64,000 nucleotides of DNA from contig CAXXFK010000031.1 in the NCBI GenBank assembly GCA_963663965.2, forward strand, positions 128,001-192,000, given 5' to 3'. Below are positions 23,575 through 36,204 of this stretch, one piece after another. How positions within the stretch are numbered: position 1 is the first letter of the stretch; each line of letters opens with the position of its first letter. The stretch comes from Sedimentisphaerales bacterium. GTDB lineage: Bacteria; Planctomycetota; Phycisphaerae; Sedimentisphaerales; SM23-30. The notes under the pieces are model-generated. The model ran no database searches and had not been told where the DNA came from. It saw nothing but the letters and a program-made list of their open reading frames with translations. The translations under genes were made by a program, and so were the position numbers.

Positions 23575-26500
23575 CCCGCCCGAGTATTTCAGTACCCAAA
23601 CTGGACGGGGATCATCTTTATCCACGGCAGCAATAATCATCTCAGAGCCCGGGTTGTCTTTGCCTGTACCTACATCACCCATACCATAACCCCTTTATCC
23701 CAACACAGAGATGGATTTAAGGTATTCAGGAGTGGGATAGCCCTCAGCATGTACCTTGAGATTGTCATACACCTGCTCGTATGCGTTAACGATTTTGTCG
23801 AGCATGGCGGTTGAGCTTTGGTTCTTCCTCCAGCATCCGGTCGCAACAATCATACCTTCGACATCATATTCATTGGAACAAACCAAAAAGCGTACCCAAG
23901 ATTGATCATCATCTGGGTCAGCGCCGAGATCGGAGGTGTTAATGATACGGGGTTTTTGCAGTATTGGTTTATCAGTTGGTATCGGCTCAATGCACCAGTC
24001 AGCACGTTCTTGGAATTCTTTCTGGAAGTCTTTACGCCACTTGGAGATACTTGACCCACCGGGACCATCAACATAATGATTCGTACCGGTTACGCGCTTG
24101 TATTGTCCACCCCAACTTTCCTGTGTAGGATCTTCTGGATCGTTGATGCCGCGATTAGCACTGACAAGGTACATAAACGCCGGTGAATCCCCTTCGCATA
24201 CCCCGGTGCATCCCATGCCTTCATGAGGGTAAATATCACAGAGAGAGCCATGATTGTTACGGATGTTTTCATTGACCCATGCAAGGTTCGAAACCGGGTC
24301 ACTGCCTCCGAAAAAGCCCTGATAGGTTTTTCTTGATTCGATAATAAACAACTCAGGAAATTCATCCATGAGCCAACTGTGCGTGCAGTCCTGATAAGCG
24401 ATCAGGAAGATGCGAAGCTTGCGGAGAAATGACTTGAACTCTTCTTCGCTGCGATCATTTCGAACCCTCCAGATGGCCTGGGAAAGCTCACGCGGTGTGC
24501 CCCAGACCTCCGATCCATAACGGCCGTGGATCCGGTTTATCCGCGGCAGCTATGATTGCATTGGAGGCCTCACTGTCCTTGCCTTCGCCAATAATGTCAG
24601 AAACCGGTTGACTATTGCTCCCCCCATTGAATGCTTAAACCGTGATTATTACCCAGCCCCTCGTAGGTGACCGAACGCAGGTAGTCCGCTGTGGGATACT
24701 CAGGATCATGGCTCTTTAAGTTCTCATACACCATCTCGTATCGGTCAAGTACGCCCAACATATTTATCTTATGAGCTTCCATGGCGAAGGTGCCTGCTCC
24801 GGCAACCAATCCCTCTACATCAAACTCATTGGCATACAACAGGAAACGAACCATCGACTGCATATCATCAGGATCGCTTTTTTGCGTGTTGGGTACATCG
24901 CCACTCTTTACGAACGCCTATTGGAGGGAAATCAGACATCATAATTACACGAAGTTTTCCGGGAGCACTTGATGATCGGTCAGTCGGGGCCGGATCGAAT
25001 GGAGCAGTCAAGCGCGATTCAATGAAACTGGATATCTCATCATGAGGGGCCTTCTGGTGGAATCCAAATACACAAACTGCATCCGTTCCCGTATAAGCCC
25101 GCTTATCCTCATCCCTGCCGAAACTGAAGATTACCATATTCAGGCCTTGCCTCCAGCCTTCGTCCCCGGCGCTGTCAGGCCCGACATCCTTTACTCCGAC
25201 ATAAAAGACCTGGGGATCCTTCGGATCGCTATCTGCCAAATAGAAGAACGGCGAGGGGAACTTGTTTCCAAACTCCGGTTCAAGATATCCCAATCCGCCA
25301 GTTTTTGCACTCCCGGTGATTTCCCGTCCTTAAGGACATAGTAGTCCTTCTCGACTGAGACATCTCTGCTCTCCCCCAATGGGTCCTTCGTAGAGGAAAG
25401 CGTATTTTTTGTTTGCTTTCAGAACCTTTATCGCGGCGTGAGTTGTGAAGAAGTGATATTCCAACTCGTAATCTGAATTGGCGGATCTCATGATTAAGTG
25501 ATCCCCTTCAAGCTTGTCGGTGAATGCGATATCATTGCCATTTGCATCCACCCAAAGTGTCTGGGCACCACTACTCCTTTGAGGATGGTCAAAATTACCT
25601 TCCCCGAAATTCGGCCAACCCCGATACTCGTGTCTTCCACCCGTATTTGGAGATATGTTGAATCCCCTGTCCGCGTCATTTCCAATCCAATCATTTCCGG
25701 CTTGATCGAAAGCACTGCTGAAGCCAGACTTTCCCTGGGTCTCACCGTTTTCGAAGTACCAAGTACCTCCCGCCGCCGCAATTTTCCAACACATGTTGCC
25801 AAAGTGCTCGACCTTTGTCACCACGACTTTATCCGGATAAGGCATATAGGATGTCCCAGCCGCGGGCTCCTTTTCTTCTTTGTCAACCTTAACCGGATCT
25901 GCCATGCTCTCTGCCACATTTGCAGCCAGTTGCAATTTTTGGCCGGACTGTGAAGCGATCTCATCGGCCTTAAGAGCACCATTTCCGTCTTTAGAGCTGC
26001 CAAAAATCTGCAAGGCGCGAATCTCACCGCGAAACTGACGATCCATGCCGTAGGCCTTCATGGTTTCGTTAAAGTTGCCAACCACAAGAGGTCCAACATC
26101 ACTATCAACCGGACCAGGATTATAAGATGTTTTTTGGTCCAGACTGACAGTGGATTGCCCGGGTGTGTCAGAGGGTGTGCTGAAATACCAGCTCATATTG
26201 TCGCTGGACGCTGTTGAATCATAGCTTACAGCAAAGAATGTCCATTTGCCAACCTGCAGCTTGCCGGCGGAACTGTCATTTTGAATCTGATCCGGCCATT
26301 CGTTAACAGACAAACGCATACGGCCATCGTTATGATGAACGAGGTCGATGCCGGATCGATTTTCCTTGAGGCAAAACAGGATTCGATTGCCGCCGTGGCC
26401 GATTTGGAGGCTATCGGGCTTCACCCATCCCATAATGGTAAAGGAACGCAGAACTTTCAAGCTTTCCATTGCATCTTCACCAACTTTAATCCACCCCCAT

Positions 26501-28449
26501 GGGGCTCCATCGATAAGTTGAAATGAACCATCGCCGGCACGTTTTGCTGTACCTACGAACTTTACTGAAGGTGTATCTTTATCGTCAGCTATACCTACAT
26601 GTACAATAGGCTTAGCACTCACCTTGCTGTCTGTTTTCTTTAACTTGGCCCATGCCTTAGCTATATTTTCTGCAAACTGTTCTGCGTCACCGTCGAACTG
26701 AATTACTGAAAGCCCTTTACCATCCCAGCTGCCCATAGTGGCTGGATCGTATCCGGAGATATAGTAGCCGGCTCCTTCGTAGTAGGTCACTGCTGGATGG
26801 TCAGCCCAGGCTTTCTTTTGGCCTTTCTGTTCAATGAACATTGCTTTACCCTGCGTCAGGTTATGGGCTTCCATGGCTTTCAGCGTGGAATCTTCATCAG
26901 TCCACTCCGTCCAGTTCACCACCAGATCCTCAGTTATGTGCGACTGCAACCAATAGGTATGGTCGGTCATTTTAGCATCAGGATATTGCGTCGAAATGTA
27001 TTCATACAGCCATTGCCTGAAAGATAGATTCGTACTGATCGTATCATTGCCCGTTGGTTTAAAGATTATCCTGCGGTAATCGCTAAGGTTATGCGTACCA
27101 TCATCAATAACCTCGCATATCAACATGAAAGCTCTTCCCACCGGAATCGGACGGGATATCTATCATGGCAACACTTGAGCTGCTGTTTGAGATATTGACA
27201 TCATCAGTATATGTACCCGCTTCGGATAATACCCACCACTTGAAGGTCAGCTTGTCGTCATCCGGATCAAATGTATCAGATGCGTCGAGTGTGATAGTCG
27301 AACCCTCCTGAGGCCTTTTCGTAATTATAGCAATACCGTCGTCACCATCAATGACAATGACCGGATTCCGGTTACCTGCACCGTCTTTTGCCCAGTCCAT
27401 TCGGGCTGCAAAGTTGTTAAATGTTGCCTGGTAAAAATATTGTTGATATTTTGAGGAAATGTTTCTTGCATTGCCGCTGTGGTTTTGATACGCATTGGTT
27501 GCGTTGTCCTTGCATTGACCAAATTCAAAATAACCGCCCCAGCCGACTTGATTTGGGATCTGCGGATCATTCAGTCCAGTAGGCATGAGATGAAGAAACG
27601 CGGGAGTATCACCTTCAACTCCATACTTATATTTCGGATACCTGTTGCCCAAATTGCCATGGCCCTGGATATGGTTTGATATTCATCCCATCTGCTTCTG
27701 CCGGTGCCATTCTGATAGCCCCACGCGGATTCATCCCAAATGAAAAACAGGTCCTTCTCAAACTCTTTGCGCATCCATTGGTGAGAACTTTCCGGCCAAT
27801 TGATTACATTACCCGATTTTTGGGCTCCATCCTGATCCGTGATTGTATAGACGCGAATCTTGCTTAGAAAAGCTTTCAATTGTTCGGGGGTTCGCTCTTG
27901 CTGTACCTGCCAGCATGCCTGGGCAAGCGTGTTTCCTCCACCCCATACCGTTACCCAAATGGGACGATCATCTTCTTCATCAGCCAGTTCAATAATTCTT
28001 TTGCTTCCATCGGAATTGTTATTTTCGCCGATATACTGCTGTCCCCTGTTTTTACTGCCTAACAGGATACGCTCTCTTAAATAATCCGGGCTCGGCCAGT
28101 ATCCGATTTCCTGAGGCTCGGCATCGTGCAGATGTCCCTGCTGGTTGGAGCGTTTCATTAAGTTGGGTAAATCTTTTTCGTATAAATCAATCGTTTCCCG
28201 GATCAGATTCAGACCGGTATCTCCAGCATTGGCCCATACGCTCCAACCGGTTGAATGGATCAGAGCTTCTATTTCATACAAGTCGGCATGGACAAGAAGC
28301 CGAATCATGGATTCCATGTCGTCAGGTTCAACATTGTCGGGCGAGATATCTGTCAGCACAACAAGACGCGGTTTAAGCGGAGCTGCAATGGATGAAGCAG
28401 TTATCCCCAGGGAAAGCAGCATAAGCATCATTATTAAGTTGTTCTTCAA
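23575..28449 (-). CDS. Giant secreted protein with three DUF1593 (Sde182 nucleoside-hydrolase-like) domains, an Sde182 C-terminal Ig-like module, LamG and unknown modules; several frameshifts; third domain truncated
   Basis: Pieces 27571-28449, 27104-27652, 25330-27141, 24868-25293, 24612-24863 and 23695-24369 join into one reading path. Asp motifs: [20 protein letters not shown]...[19 protein letters not shown]; also EGD(T/S)P, WGG, F(A/Q)xR(M/A)DW. The last domain stops after [10 protein letters not shown] near 23590. Confidence 0.75.
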
Positions 28450-28541
28450 TGTAATTTCTCCGTTAACAGTAGTTCAGTATTCACAGTTACTTTTGTGTTT
28501 CATCAACTGTATCGAGCATCTAACCATTAACTAGAGTTTAA

Positions 28542-28596
28542 TTAAGAATCCAGCAATTTCTTCCTTTATTTAAGAAACAATCTGTTGTATTCATAG
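28542..28596 (-). promoter_or_regulatory. Conserved promoter/operator block upstream of the triple-DUF1593 gene
   Basis: ttaagaatccagcaat (28542-28557) and ctgttgtattcatag (28582-28596); the same two blocks recur with the same 40-bp offset at 33265-33319. Confidence 0.7.
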
Positions 28597-28658
28597 GTCT
28601 AAACATAAAATGCATATCCCCGGCGGTTCAATTCTTTCAGGGCAAATGTACTCGGGAA

Positions 28659-31600
28659 TTAGTTTACATTAATAACCACGCGACGATAGGCGTAAAGATT
28701 GGGAGAGCCATTGTCTCGCAGCGTTAAGATATATATAGATCGTCTTGCCCCCCGCATCAGACGGAACTGATACTGTTGCAGATGACGAAGTACTGCCCGA
28801 AATCGACACAGGGCTTTTATAGGAACTGGGTTCAGCGTAAACTGCCCATGAATAAACCAGTGAATTGCCGTCCGGGTCGCTGGAACCGGCTGCGCTGAGA
28901 GCAACGCTGGAACCGGCGGAGGCCGAGACGGTCAGCACTTGCCTTGTGCTGTCATCATTGACAACCGCAACAGGATGATGGTTGCAACTGGAGTAGTTGC
29001 TGGTTAAAGTCCAGTCCATGCGGGCGGCAAAATCATTCTCAATGGCGGTTTTCCAGCGACTTATCGAACTGCCGCCTTCCGAAGCATCGCCGTACATATA
29101 GTATGGATCGTATGCCGATTCACCAGTGACCGCCGACATTCCTCGGCTGTTAGCCACTTTGGTCAGAATCATACGTCCGCCCCAACCGCCCCAATTAACA
29201 TGCTCAGGATCGTTGAGGCCATTGAGCAACTGGTAGAAAAACGCAGGGGTGTCACCTTCGTAGGTCCACTCTTTTTCCGGGTATTGAGCCCCCAGCACGC
29301 CGTGATTTTGGATGTTATTGTCATAATAACTATCGCTGGATTGCCAATTATAGACCCCCTTGAAGCGGATATAGAAAAGACTCGGAAAGGTTTTGGTCAT
29401 CCAGGCCCCGGTTTCATCCTGTCCCAGGATGTCATACACCCGCAGTTTGCTCACAAATTGATCAACCTGGGCCGGGGTCCGCGTGTTCTTAACTTTCCAC
29501 AGCGCCTGCGCCAGGGTGTTTCCACCGCCCCAGAAGTTAACCCAAACAGGGCGGGGGTCGTCTTTATCCACCGCGGCAATGATCAGTTCCGAACCGTCGC
29601 TGTCTTTACCTTCGCCAATCCCAGCCATACCATAACCGGTTTGACCCAGCTTGGAGATGGACTGCAAATATGCAAGGGTGGGATACCCCTCAGCATGTAC
29701 TATGAGTTTGTCATAAACCTGCCCATAAGCGTTCAGTCTGGGATTAAGCAGGTTGTTCATATTGGTTAAGGTCTGAGACTTTTTCCAGCAACTGGTCCCG
29801 ACAATAATGCCTTCAATATCACACTCATTGGCCGTCACCAGCATGCGAACCAACGATTGCAGGTCATCGTTGTCGGCGCCAAGGTCGGTGGTGTTGATCA
29901 CCCGATGCTTCTGAAAAACGGGTCTTTCCCATAGCCAGTTTTGGCTGAGCACACTAAAATCTCTCATATTTACACAGCCGTCACCAGTAACATCGGTTAT
30001 GGGGTCGCTGCATGACAGCCAATCGGCAGCCAGTTCAGTCAAATCATCGATATTAATTCTGTTATCGTCAGTAAACTCCGGGAAATCTGCTGATATTGTC
30101 GTAAAACTTCGTGTCCCCGAAGCATAGGGAGTCGTCCCGTCATAGGCAATCACAGCCCAGTAATAGGTCGTGTCATTGTCCAATGCTTCTGCCGGATCAA
30201 ATGCTTCGGTCCCAACACTATAGCTGGGATTTTCGCTAACGACTGAATTGGTGCCAAGGAAAACCTCGTACGATGTGGGCGTATATGCCATTGGCGCCGT
30301 CCATTGTAAAGCGGTCACAACTGACACATCCTCCTGAACACTGGAAGGATAGATTAAAACAGGCAGATTCGGGTCCGGTTCTTGATTAAATTCAATTTTA
30401 AAACCATTCATCACAAACCACGCCTCATTATAGGCCGTCGAATACGGCTGACAATCAAAGACAAGGGAAACATCCGAACCGTCAGAAACAAGCGTCGTTT
30501 CGAACTTCGCTACGCTGTCAAATGTCGTGGCGCTGCTGTTGGTACACTGAATATCTGTCGTCGTCACTGAACCGGTCGCATCATTGACCGTGACATCGAA
30601 TGTGCCAATATTTGCAGTCGGTTCTGTATCCGTATGGTATGACACCCAGGTATATTCGCCCGCCGGCAGGCCGCTGATCGTCAGCGTCAGAGGATCGCCG
30701 GCCGAACGGGTATCCGAGCCGATCCAGTCCTGCATCAGCGCTTCGGTCGCATCCTCATAGGCCTCCGGGCCCCGGTCGAGCATCTGCATCACCGCATCCA
30801 CCGCACCGGACGCCCAACTGGGAGTCACGCTGACGGTTGTTTCAAACACAGAATAGCTCTGCGTGGTAAAACTGCCTGAACTTTCATGACTGGCCGTATA
30901 TGCCGCATAGTCACTCTGCACTGGGGAACCGGATGTGCCAAAATCAATCCGCAGGGTTTCACCCCCGACGGGAGTGTCGTTAATCGTGGTAAAACTCCAG
31001 GTCTCCTCGGACATATATCCAGTCGTACTGTCATAGGCAACGACGGCCCAATAATAAGTCGTTCCCAAGGCCAGCGGTGTCCCCGGTGTGTACTCTTCGG
31101 TGGATGCAAAATAAACCGGATTATTGGTGACTGTTGAGTCGGTTCCCAGATAGACATCATACCCAGTGGGAGTATAGGCCGTGGGTGATTCCCACTGCAA
31201 CATGGGCAGGATTGATATATTGCCTTGGCCGTCCGACGGTGCTGCCAACACCGGAAGGTTCGGATTCGGAGGAGACACTTCCGGACCATAGACAACAAGA
31301 TCGTCAATGTAGATATCGACACCTGAGGCCGGTCCTTCAATGTAAACATAAAGCTCTTCATCAGTGATCTCTGCGGGAACAGTATAAGTTCCTGAAATGT
31401 ATGTCCAGCCGCTACTGTTAGCGGTACCCCCAATATGACCTGTCCAATTCCCATTGACTCTCCATGTGATAGAAATCGTCGAATCACCCGCGGTACTGGT
31501 TCTAAAGTAACCTGACACATTATAGGTTGCCCCGGGCACTACTTTGTCATACAAATCCTGCTGCATGCCCTGGTAGGTTCCGGTTCTGCCGGTCGAAGCT

Positions 31601-31860
31601 CCGCACCAGGAACCGCCGTGAGGCGATGGTGTCTGTACACCGCTGACAGTGCTGCCGAAGTGGGGAACCCACGGGGATGCATCAGCTCCATTTTCAAATC
31701 CGGGATTGGCCAGGATATTCGTATCACCAAACGCCGGCAGGTTTAGCATCATTAGTAATACGGCTGCTATAAAAAGAGGGCTTCTCCATATATGCTTCGG
31801 TGAATAACACTTGCACATTGCGTGATTGGCATCACCCACCCAGGTAAACTTATTAAACAT
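28659..31860 (-). CDS. Secreted multidomain protein: CBM4_9/CBM22-like module, two FN3/Ig-like repeats, dockerin-like module, DUF1593 domain and Sde182 C-terminal domain
   Basis: NILANPGFENG...YIDDLVV (CBM); two LQWxxPxAYTPTxYxVxLGT...TTYYWAV repeats; [57 protein letters not shown] frameshift near 28730 puts the true end (YRRVVINVN*) at 28659. Confidence 0.85.
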
Positions 31861-31899
31861 ATGTCACCCCCTTAGGTTGCATTTAATTGACATTTTTGC

Positions 31900-33224
31900 G
31901 GTTCTTCCGAAAAATGAGTAGTTAATGTTGCAAAAAGAGAGACATGACTTTACTGTTTGAGGAAAAAAATAAAACCTCATATTAGGAGCTAAAGTCATGT
32001 CCACAAGTATGTTGTATCATACTTTTGGTGTTCGAGGTGTTCAATACCAAAAGACAGAATATTTTTGCGGGCAAGAGCGTGATTCACGGCATCTTGCCGG
32101 CGGATAGTCTGCGTTGCCCTTGTTGTAACTCCCGTAATTTCATTTACTTCGGTCACAAGGCCCGGAGGTTTGCCATGGTACCCGCCGGTCTGCGTCAAAT
32201 GGAGTTGCTTGTCACTATTCCCCGATTGAAATGTCTGGCGTGCGGGGCCATTCGTCAGCCTCATCTGCCATTTGCCGACCCCAAGAAGCATTACACCCAT
32301 GCGTTGGAACGGTATGTCATCGATTTATGTCAGGCGGCTTCCCTGCAAGAGGTGGCCCGACGGACCGGCTTAAGCTGGGATACCATCAAATCGATTCATA
32401 AGTCCTGGCTAGGTCGACGGTACCGAAAGATTTCCCTGAAAAAGGTTCGTTATCTGGGGATTGACGAATTGTATCTGGGCAGGAAAAGCAAATACATCTC
32501 GCTGGTAACCGACCTGGAAAGCGGTCAAATTTTGCATATCGGCCAGGGCAAAGGCCAAGAGGCCCTGGTGGGATTCTGGGGGCGTGTCCGACGCAGCCGG
32601 GCGGTGATTGCCGCGGTGGCTACCGATATGGCCAGTGGTTTTATGACCAGTGTCCTGAAAGAACTGCCGCAAGCCAAACTGGTGCTGGACCATTTTCATC
32701 TGGTCAAATGGTTTAACGACAAACTGACCAGTTTACGCCGGGATTTGTACCGGGAGGCCGATACCATGGGCAAAGCGGTACTTAAAGGCAGCCGCTGGCT
32801 GCTGCTCAAAGCGCCGGAGAACCTTAAATCCCATGCCGATAGCGCCAAAGATGAACGGCACCGGTTGCAGGAGGCTCTGCAACTCAACCAGCCGCTGGCC
32901 ACCGCCTATTACATGAAAGAACGGCTCCGTCTCCTTTTTGATGCGATCACGGCTCCGCTGGCTGAACAGGAACTTAAACGCTGGATCAGCCAGGCGCAAA
33001 CCAGCGGGATTCGGATCCTGCTGGATGCCGCCAAACAACTGCAACTCTGGAAACCCTTCCTGCTCAATTGGTATGACCATCCCATCAGCACCAGCAAAGT
33101 CGAAGTCAATAACCGTAAAATCGGCCTCCTGCAACGAATGGCTCATGGCTACCGCGATCAGGAATACTTCTATCTCCGGATCCATCATATCCATAACCAA
33201 AACTACTCATTAACCGGATGAGCC
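31900..33224 (+). mobile_element. Full-length ISL3-family insertion sequence (1325 bp)
   Basis: IRL ggttcttccgaaaaatgagtagtt; IRR reverse complement ggctcatccggttaatgagtagtt; 8-bp target duplication ATTTTTGC at 31892-31899 and 33225-33232. Confidence 0.93.
31997..33221 (+). CDS. ISL3 transposase; +1 frameshift in a T-run near 32064
   Basis: MSTSMLYHTFG start with aggag RBS; CPCC...CLAC zinc finger; GIDE, ATDM, DHFH, EVNNRKI...HGYRD. Confidence 0.9.
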
Positions 33225-33264
33225 ATTTTTGCTTATAACAACACACCAATTTTAATAGTATAGC

Positions 33265-33319
33265 TTAAGAATCCAGCAATATCCTGCTGGATATATGAAA
33301 ATGCCTGTCGTATTCATAG
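33265..33319 (-). promoter_or_regulatory. Conserved promoter/operator block of the CBM-DUF1593 gene, now separated from it by ISL3
   Basis: Second copy of the two-block motif seen at 28542-28596, with identical spacing. Confidence 0.7.
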
Positions 33320-33573
33320 ATTTTACCTTAACTGATTAAAGATACCTGATATGAAGTACAAAACGGATATTTCAAAAAAATGTGTGCGCTTTCACTGTAC
33401 TCTAATCCCTGATGATTTTCTGGGTTTAATTGAGTTTTTTCTCCCTGAAATCCTTCAATTTGCTGTAGATTGCTAACTTACGGTCATCTTGCTATAGCCA
33501 TATTACAGATAGACTATCAGCAGTATTGAGGACCTATACAGTGTAAATCGAGATGTCTGCGGTACATGGACTT

Positions 33574-34440
33574 TCAGGTTGAAAGTCGATGGGCGTTTCG
33601 ATACTCACGGGGAGTACAATGGCACAGCTGTTTGAAAGATGAATTGAATCTGCTAAGTGAATTGAAACCGGATTCCAAAGCTATTTCAAGAACCTTTTTG
33701 TTGGATGTAACAAGCAAACGTTGGGCATGCTGGACACGATGCTGAATGACAAAGTTATTTAATGTGATCCCAAAGGTTTTCTTGAAGATGTATGCCGCAT
33801 AATCCGGGTGTAAATCAACTGATTGTGCGATATCTGAAAGATTAATTTTGTTTATATAATTTTGAGCAATGAATTTTGCCATGCTTTCAATTTTACTGAA
33901 ATTATAACTGCCGCTTGGTCTCATTGTGGGACCAGAAGGCAATTCCCCTGATTCTGTCTTGTTCTTTTCCAAGTTTTTTGCAAGGCGCAGAAGACGTGCT
34001 TTTATTTCAAGTAGTACTATTTCGTGAATTGCTGTCGAATCTTGATTAATATCTTGAAACCAATGTTCAAACAAGAGTTTATCATAAGAAGTAAATGTTT
34101 CTACTTCCTGTATCAGTCGGCCATTTAGAATCAGGGTTGTGATTCTCTCTGGCAAGTCGAAATCCAGTACCCACGGCAAGGGAAGTGTTATGACAAAATA
34201 GGACTCCAAATCTTTATAATCCACAATCTGATGCGGTGTCGCTGCCCAAAACAATGCGAGTTTTCCACCTTCAATTGTGATCCGTTCTCCCCAAAAAAGG
34301 TATGTTAATTCACCTTTGGCAAAAAAGTTCAACTCGATTTCAGAATGCTTGTCAGGGCGATTCATCAATCTGGGTTCCCATTGTTCGCAGGTAAAGCCAT
34401 ATGGCGTAAATTCTTTTCTTTTTTGGTCGAAATGTTCCAT
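33574..34440 (-). CDS. AraC/MelR-like transcriptional regulator
   Basis: Cupin N-domain (HSEIELNF, FWAATPHQ); C-terminal double HTH (LHPDY...IALESGFNSLSRF...TPREYR); divergent from the ABC operon. Confidence 0.93.
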   Translation of the reverse strand: MEHFDQKRKEFTPYGFTCEQWEPRLMNRPDKHSEIELNFFAKGELTYLFWGERITIEGGKLALFWAATPHQIVDYKDLESYFVITLPLPWVLDFDLPERITTLILNGRLIQEVETFTSYDKLLFEHWFQDINQDSTAIHEIVLLEIKARLLRLAKNLEKNKTESGELPSGPTMRPSGSYNFSKIESMAKFIAQNYINKINLSDIAQSVDLHPDYAAYIFKKTFGITLNNFVIQHRVQHAQRLLVTSNKKVLEIALESGFNSLSRFNSSFKQLCHCTPREYRNAHRLST

Positions 34441-34585
34441 AAATCTAAGTATATGATAAGTGTTTTAAGAAATCAAGGCAGAATGCCCTATTTATCTGTT
34501 GTTACAATGCAATTTATTACTATAATCAATCACTATATGAAGTTATTTTGCGTATTTTTCTAAATAAAGAGCAGGTGATCGTAAA

Positions 34586-35554
34586 ATGAAAAAAAAACTA
34601 ATGTTAAAAGGTCTGAGTGTCTTGATGGCTGTTGTCATGATGTGGTTGTCCGGTTGTGAGAAGAAAGGGCAAAAACCTCAGGAAACAAAAAGGATTGCAG
34701 TTGTTATTTCGACTTTGAATAATCCCTGGTTTGTAGTTCTGGGGGAAACCGCGAAGGCGAGGGCAGAGGAACTGGGCTATGAAGCGACTGTTTTTGACTC
34801 AACAAACGATACAGCCCGGGAAACATCGCATTTTGAGAATATTATTGCCAGCGGCTACAGCGCCATTATTTTTAACCCAACAGATGCTGACGCTTCTATT
34901 TTCAATGTAAAGAAAGCAAAAAAAGCCGGAATTCCCGTGTTCTGCGTGGACAGGGAGATTAATTCCAATAAAGACGCAACGTCACAGATTTTATCTGACA
35001 ATTACTCCGGATGTGTGGCTATAGGCGCTTTTTTCGTCAAAGAAGTTGGCGAAGAAGGGGAATATATCGAATTGCTCGGTTTATTGGGGGACAACAACAC
35101 GCAGAATCGGTCGGATGGTTTTCACTCCGTTGTGGACAAGTATCCCGACCTCAAAATGGTTGCCCAGCAAACGGCCGGATTCGACCGGACGAAGGCATTC
35201 GATGTTACATCGGCGCTCCTTGGGGATCATCCGGACATTGACGCTATTTTCTGCGGCAATGATGCTATGGCTATGGGTGCGTATCAGGCACTTGTTTCTG
35301 CCGGAAAAGACAAATCTGTCAAGGTGTTTGGTTTTGACGGTGCTGCGGATGTTTTACAGTCTATTGCAGAAGGTAAAATCAAAGCCACCGGTATGCAGTT
35401 TCCCAAACGAATGGCTCGAACTGCGGCAGAATTTGCAGACGAATACATTAAGGGAAAGCGTGATTTCGATCAGAAAATTCCTGTACCGGTAGAATTAGTC
35501 ACGATAGAAAATATTGATAAATATCACGACTATGACAAAAAGGCATCAGAATGA
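34586..35554 (+). CDS. Sugar ABC transporter binding lipoprotein (RbsB-like), probably D-apiose-binding
   Basis: Lipobox [32 protein letters not shown]; gene context. Confidence 0.9.
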   Translation: MKKKLMLKGLSVLMAVVMMWLSGCEKKGQKPQETKRIAVVISTLNNPWFVVLGETAKARAEELGYEATVFDSTNDTARETSHFENIIASGYSAIIFNPTDADASIFNVKKAKKAGIPVFCVDREINSNKDATSQILSDNYSGCVAIGAFFVKEVGEEGEYIELLGLLGDNNTQNRSDGFHSVVDKYPDLKMVAQQTAGFDRTKAFDVTSALLGDHPDIDAIFCGNDAMAMGAYQALVSAGKDKSVKVFGFDGAADVLQSIAEGKIKATGMQFPKRMARTAAEFADEYIKGKRDFDQKIPVPVELVTIENIDKYHDYDKKASE

Positions 35555-36204
35555 AGCAATGGTTTTCCCGGAAAATGGCAATTTGGCTGTTCTTGGGCGG
35601 CTCAATCATAGGTGTGTTTATCACATTTCCACCTTTTCGTATCGTATCTCTGGAAGAGAACAGAAACAGGTTAAATGAAGGTGTGTTTGATCCACTTAAA
35701 TTTGCCCGGCAGTTTTGGCAGAACGATTTACCTTCAACATTTGAGAAGGCGTTTGATGCTCAACAAGTGTTAAATGTTATGCGTAATAATCCTAAAGAGG
35801 CCAGAACTCGATACGGACGAGTGATAGGGTTGGGTGGCCCCTGTTATTATTACTTGAATGGGGCTGGCACGATAACAGCGATTGAACCCAGGCAGATTAA
35901 GGTCCGTTTGGATGTGGAAGATACCGGCGCCGAGATTATCCTCATGACATCAATGGTCTTCGGTAACGAGATTCTTGATGCGACAAACATCATCAGCAGA
36001 AACCAATTCCAAAAAACGAACGATTATAATGCGGTCAGCGCCGAACTTAATAAGATCGTGGAGACGCAGCTTACAGAACCGTTTTTACAGCAAATAAAAT
36101 TGGGCGAAACTATCCATTTCATCGGCTGTTCAACGGGTATGACGGATGAGGATTCACTGGTTCCGATGCGTCTGGTGCCTGTCAAATTGGAGACCATCCG
36201 GTGA
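35551..36204 (+). CDS. DUF2291-family periplasmic/membrane-anchored protein
   Basis: N-terminal TM helix; FARQFW...GTIT...FGNEILDA...YNAVSAELN...IHFIG; sits between the binding protein and the ATPase, the usual DUF2291 position. Confidence 0.75.
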   Translation: MKQWFSRKMAIWLFLGGSIIGVFITFPPFRIVSLEENRNRLNEGVFDPLKFARQFWQNDLPSTFEKAFDAQQVLNVMRNNPKEARTRYGRVIGLGGPCYYYLNGAGTITAIEPRQIKVRLDVEDTGAEIILMTSMVFGNEILDATNIISRNQFQKTNDYNAVSAELNKIVETQLTEPFLQQIKLGETIHFIGCSTGMTDEDSLVPMRLVPVKLETIR

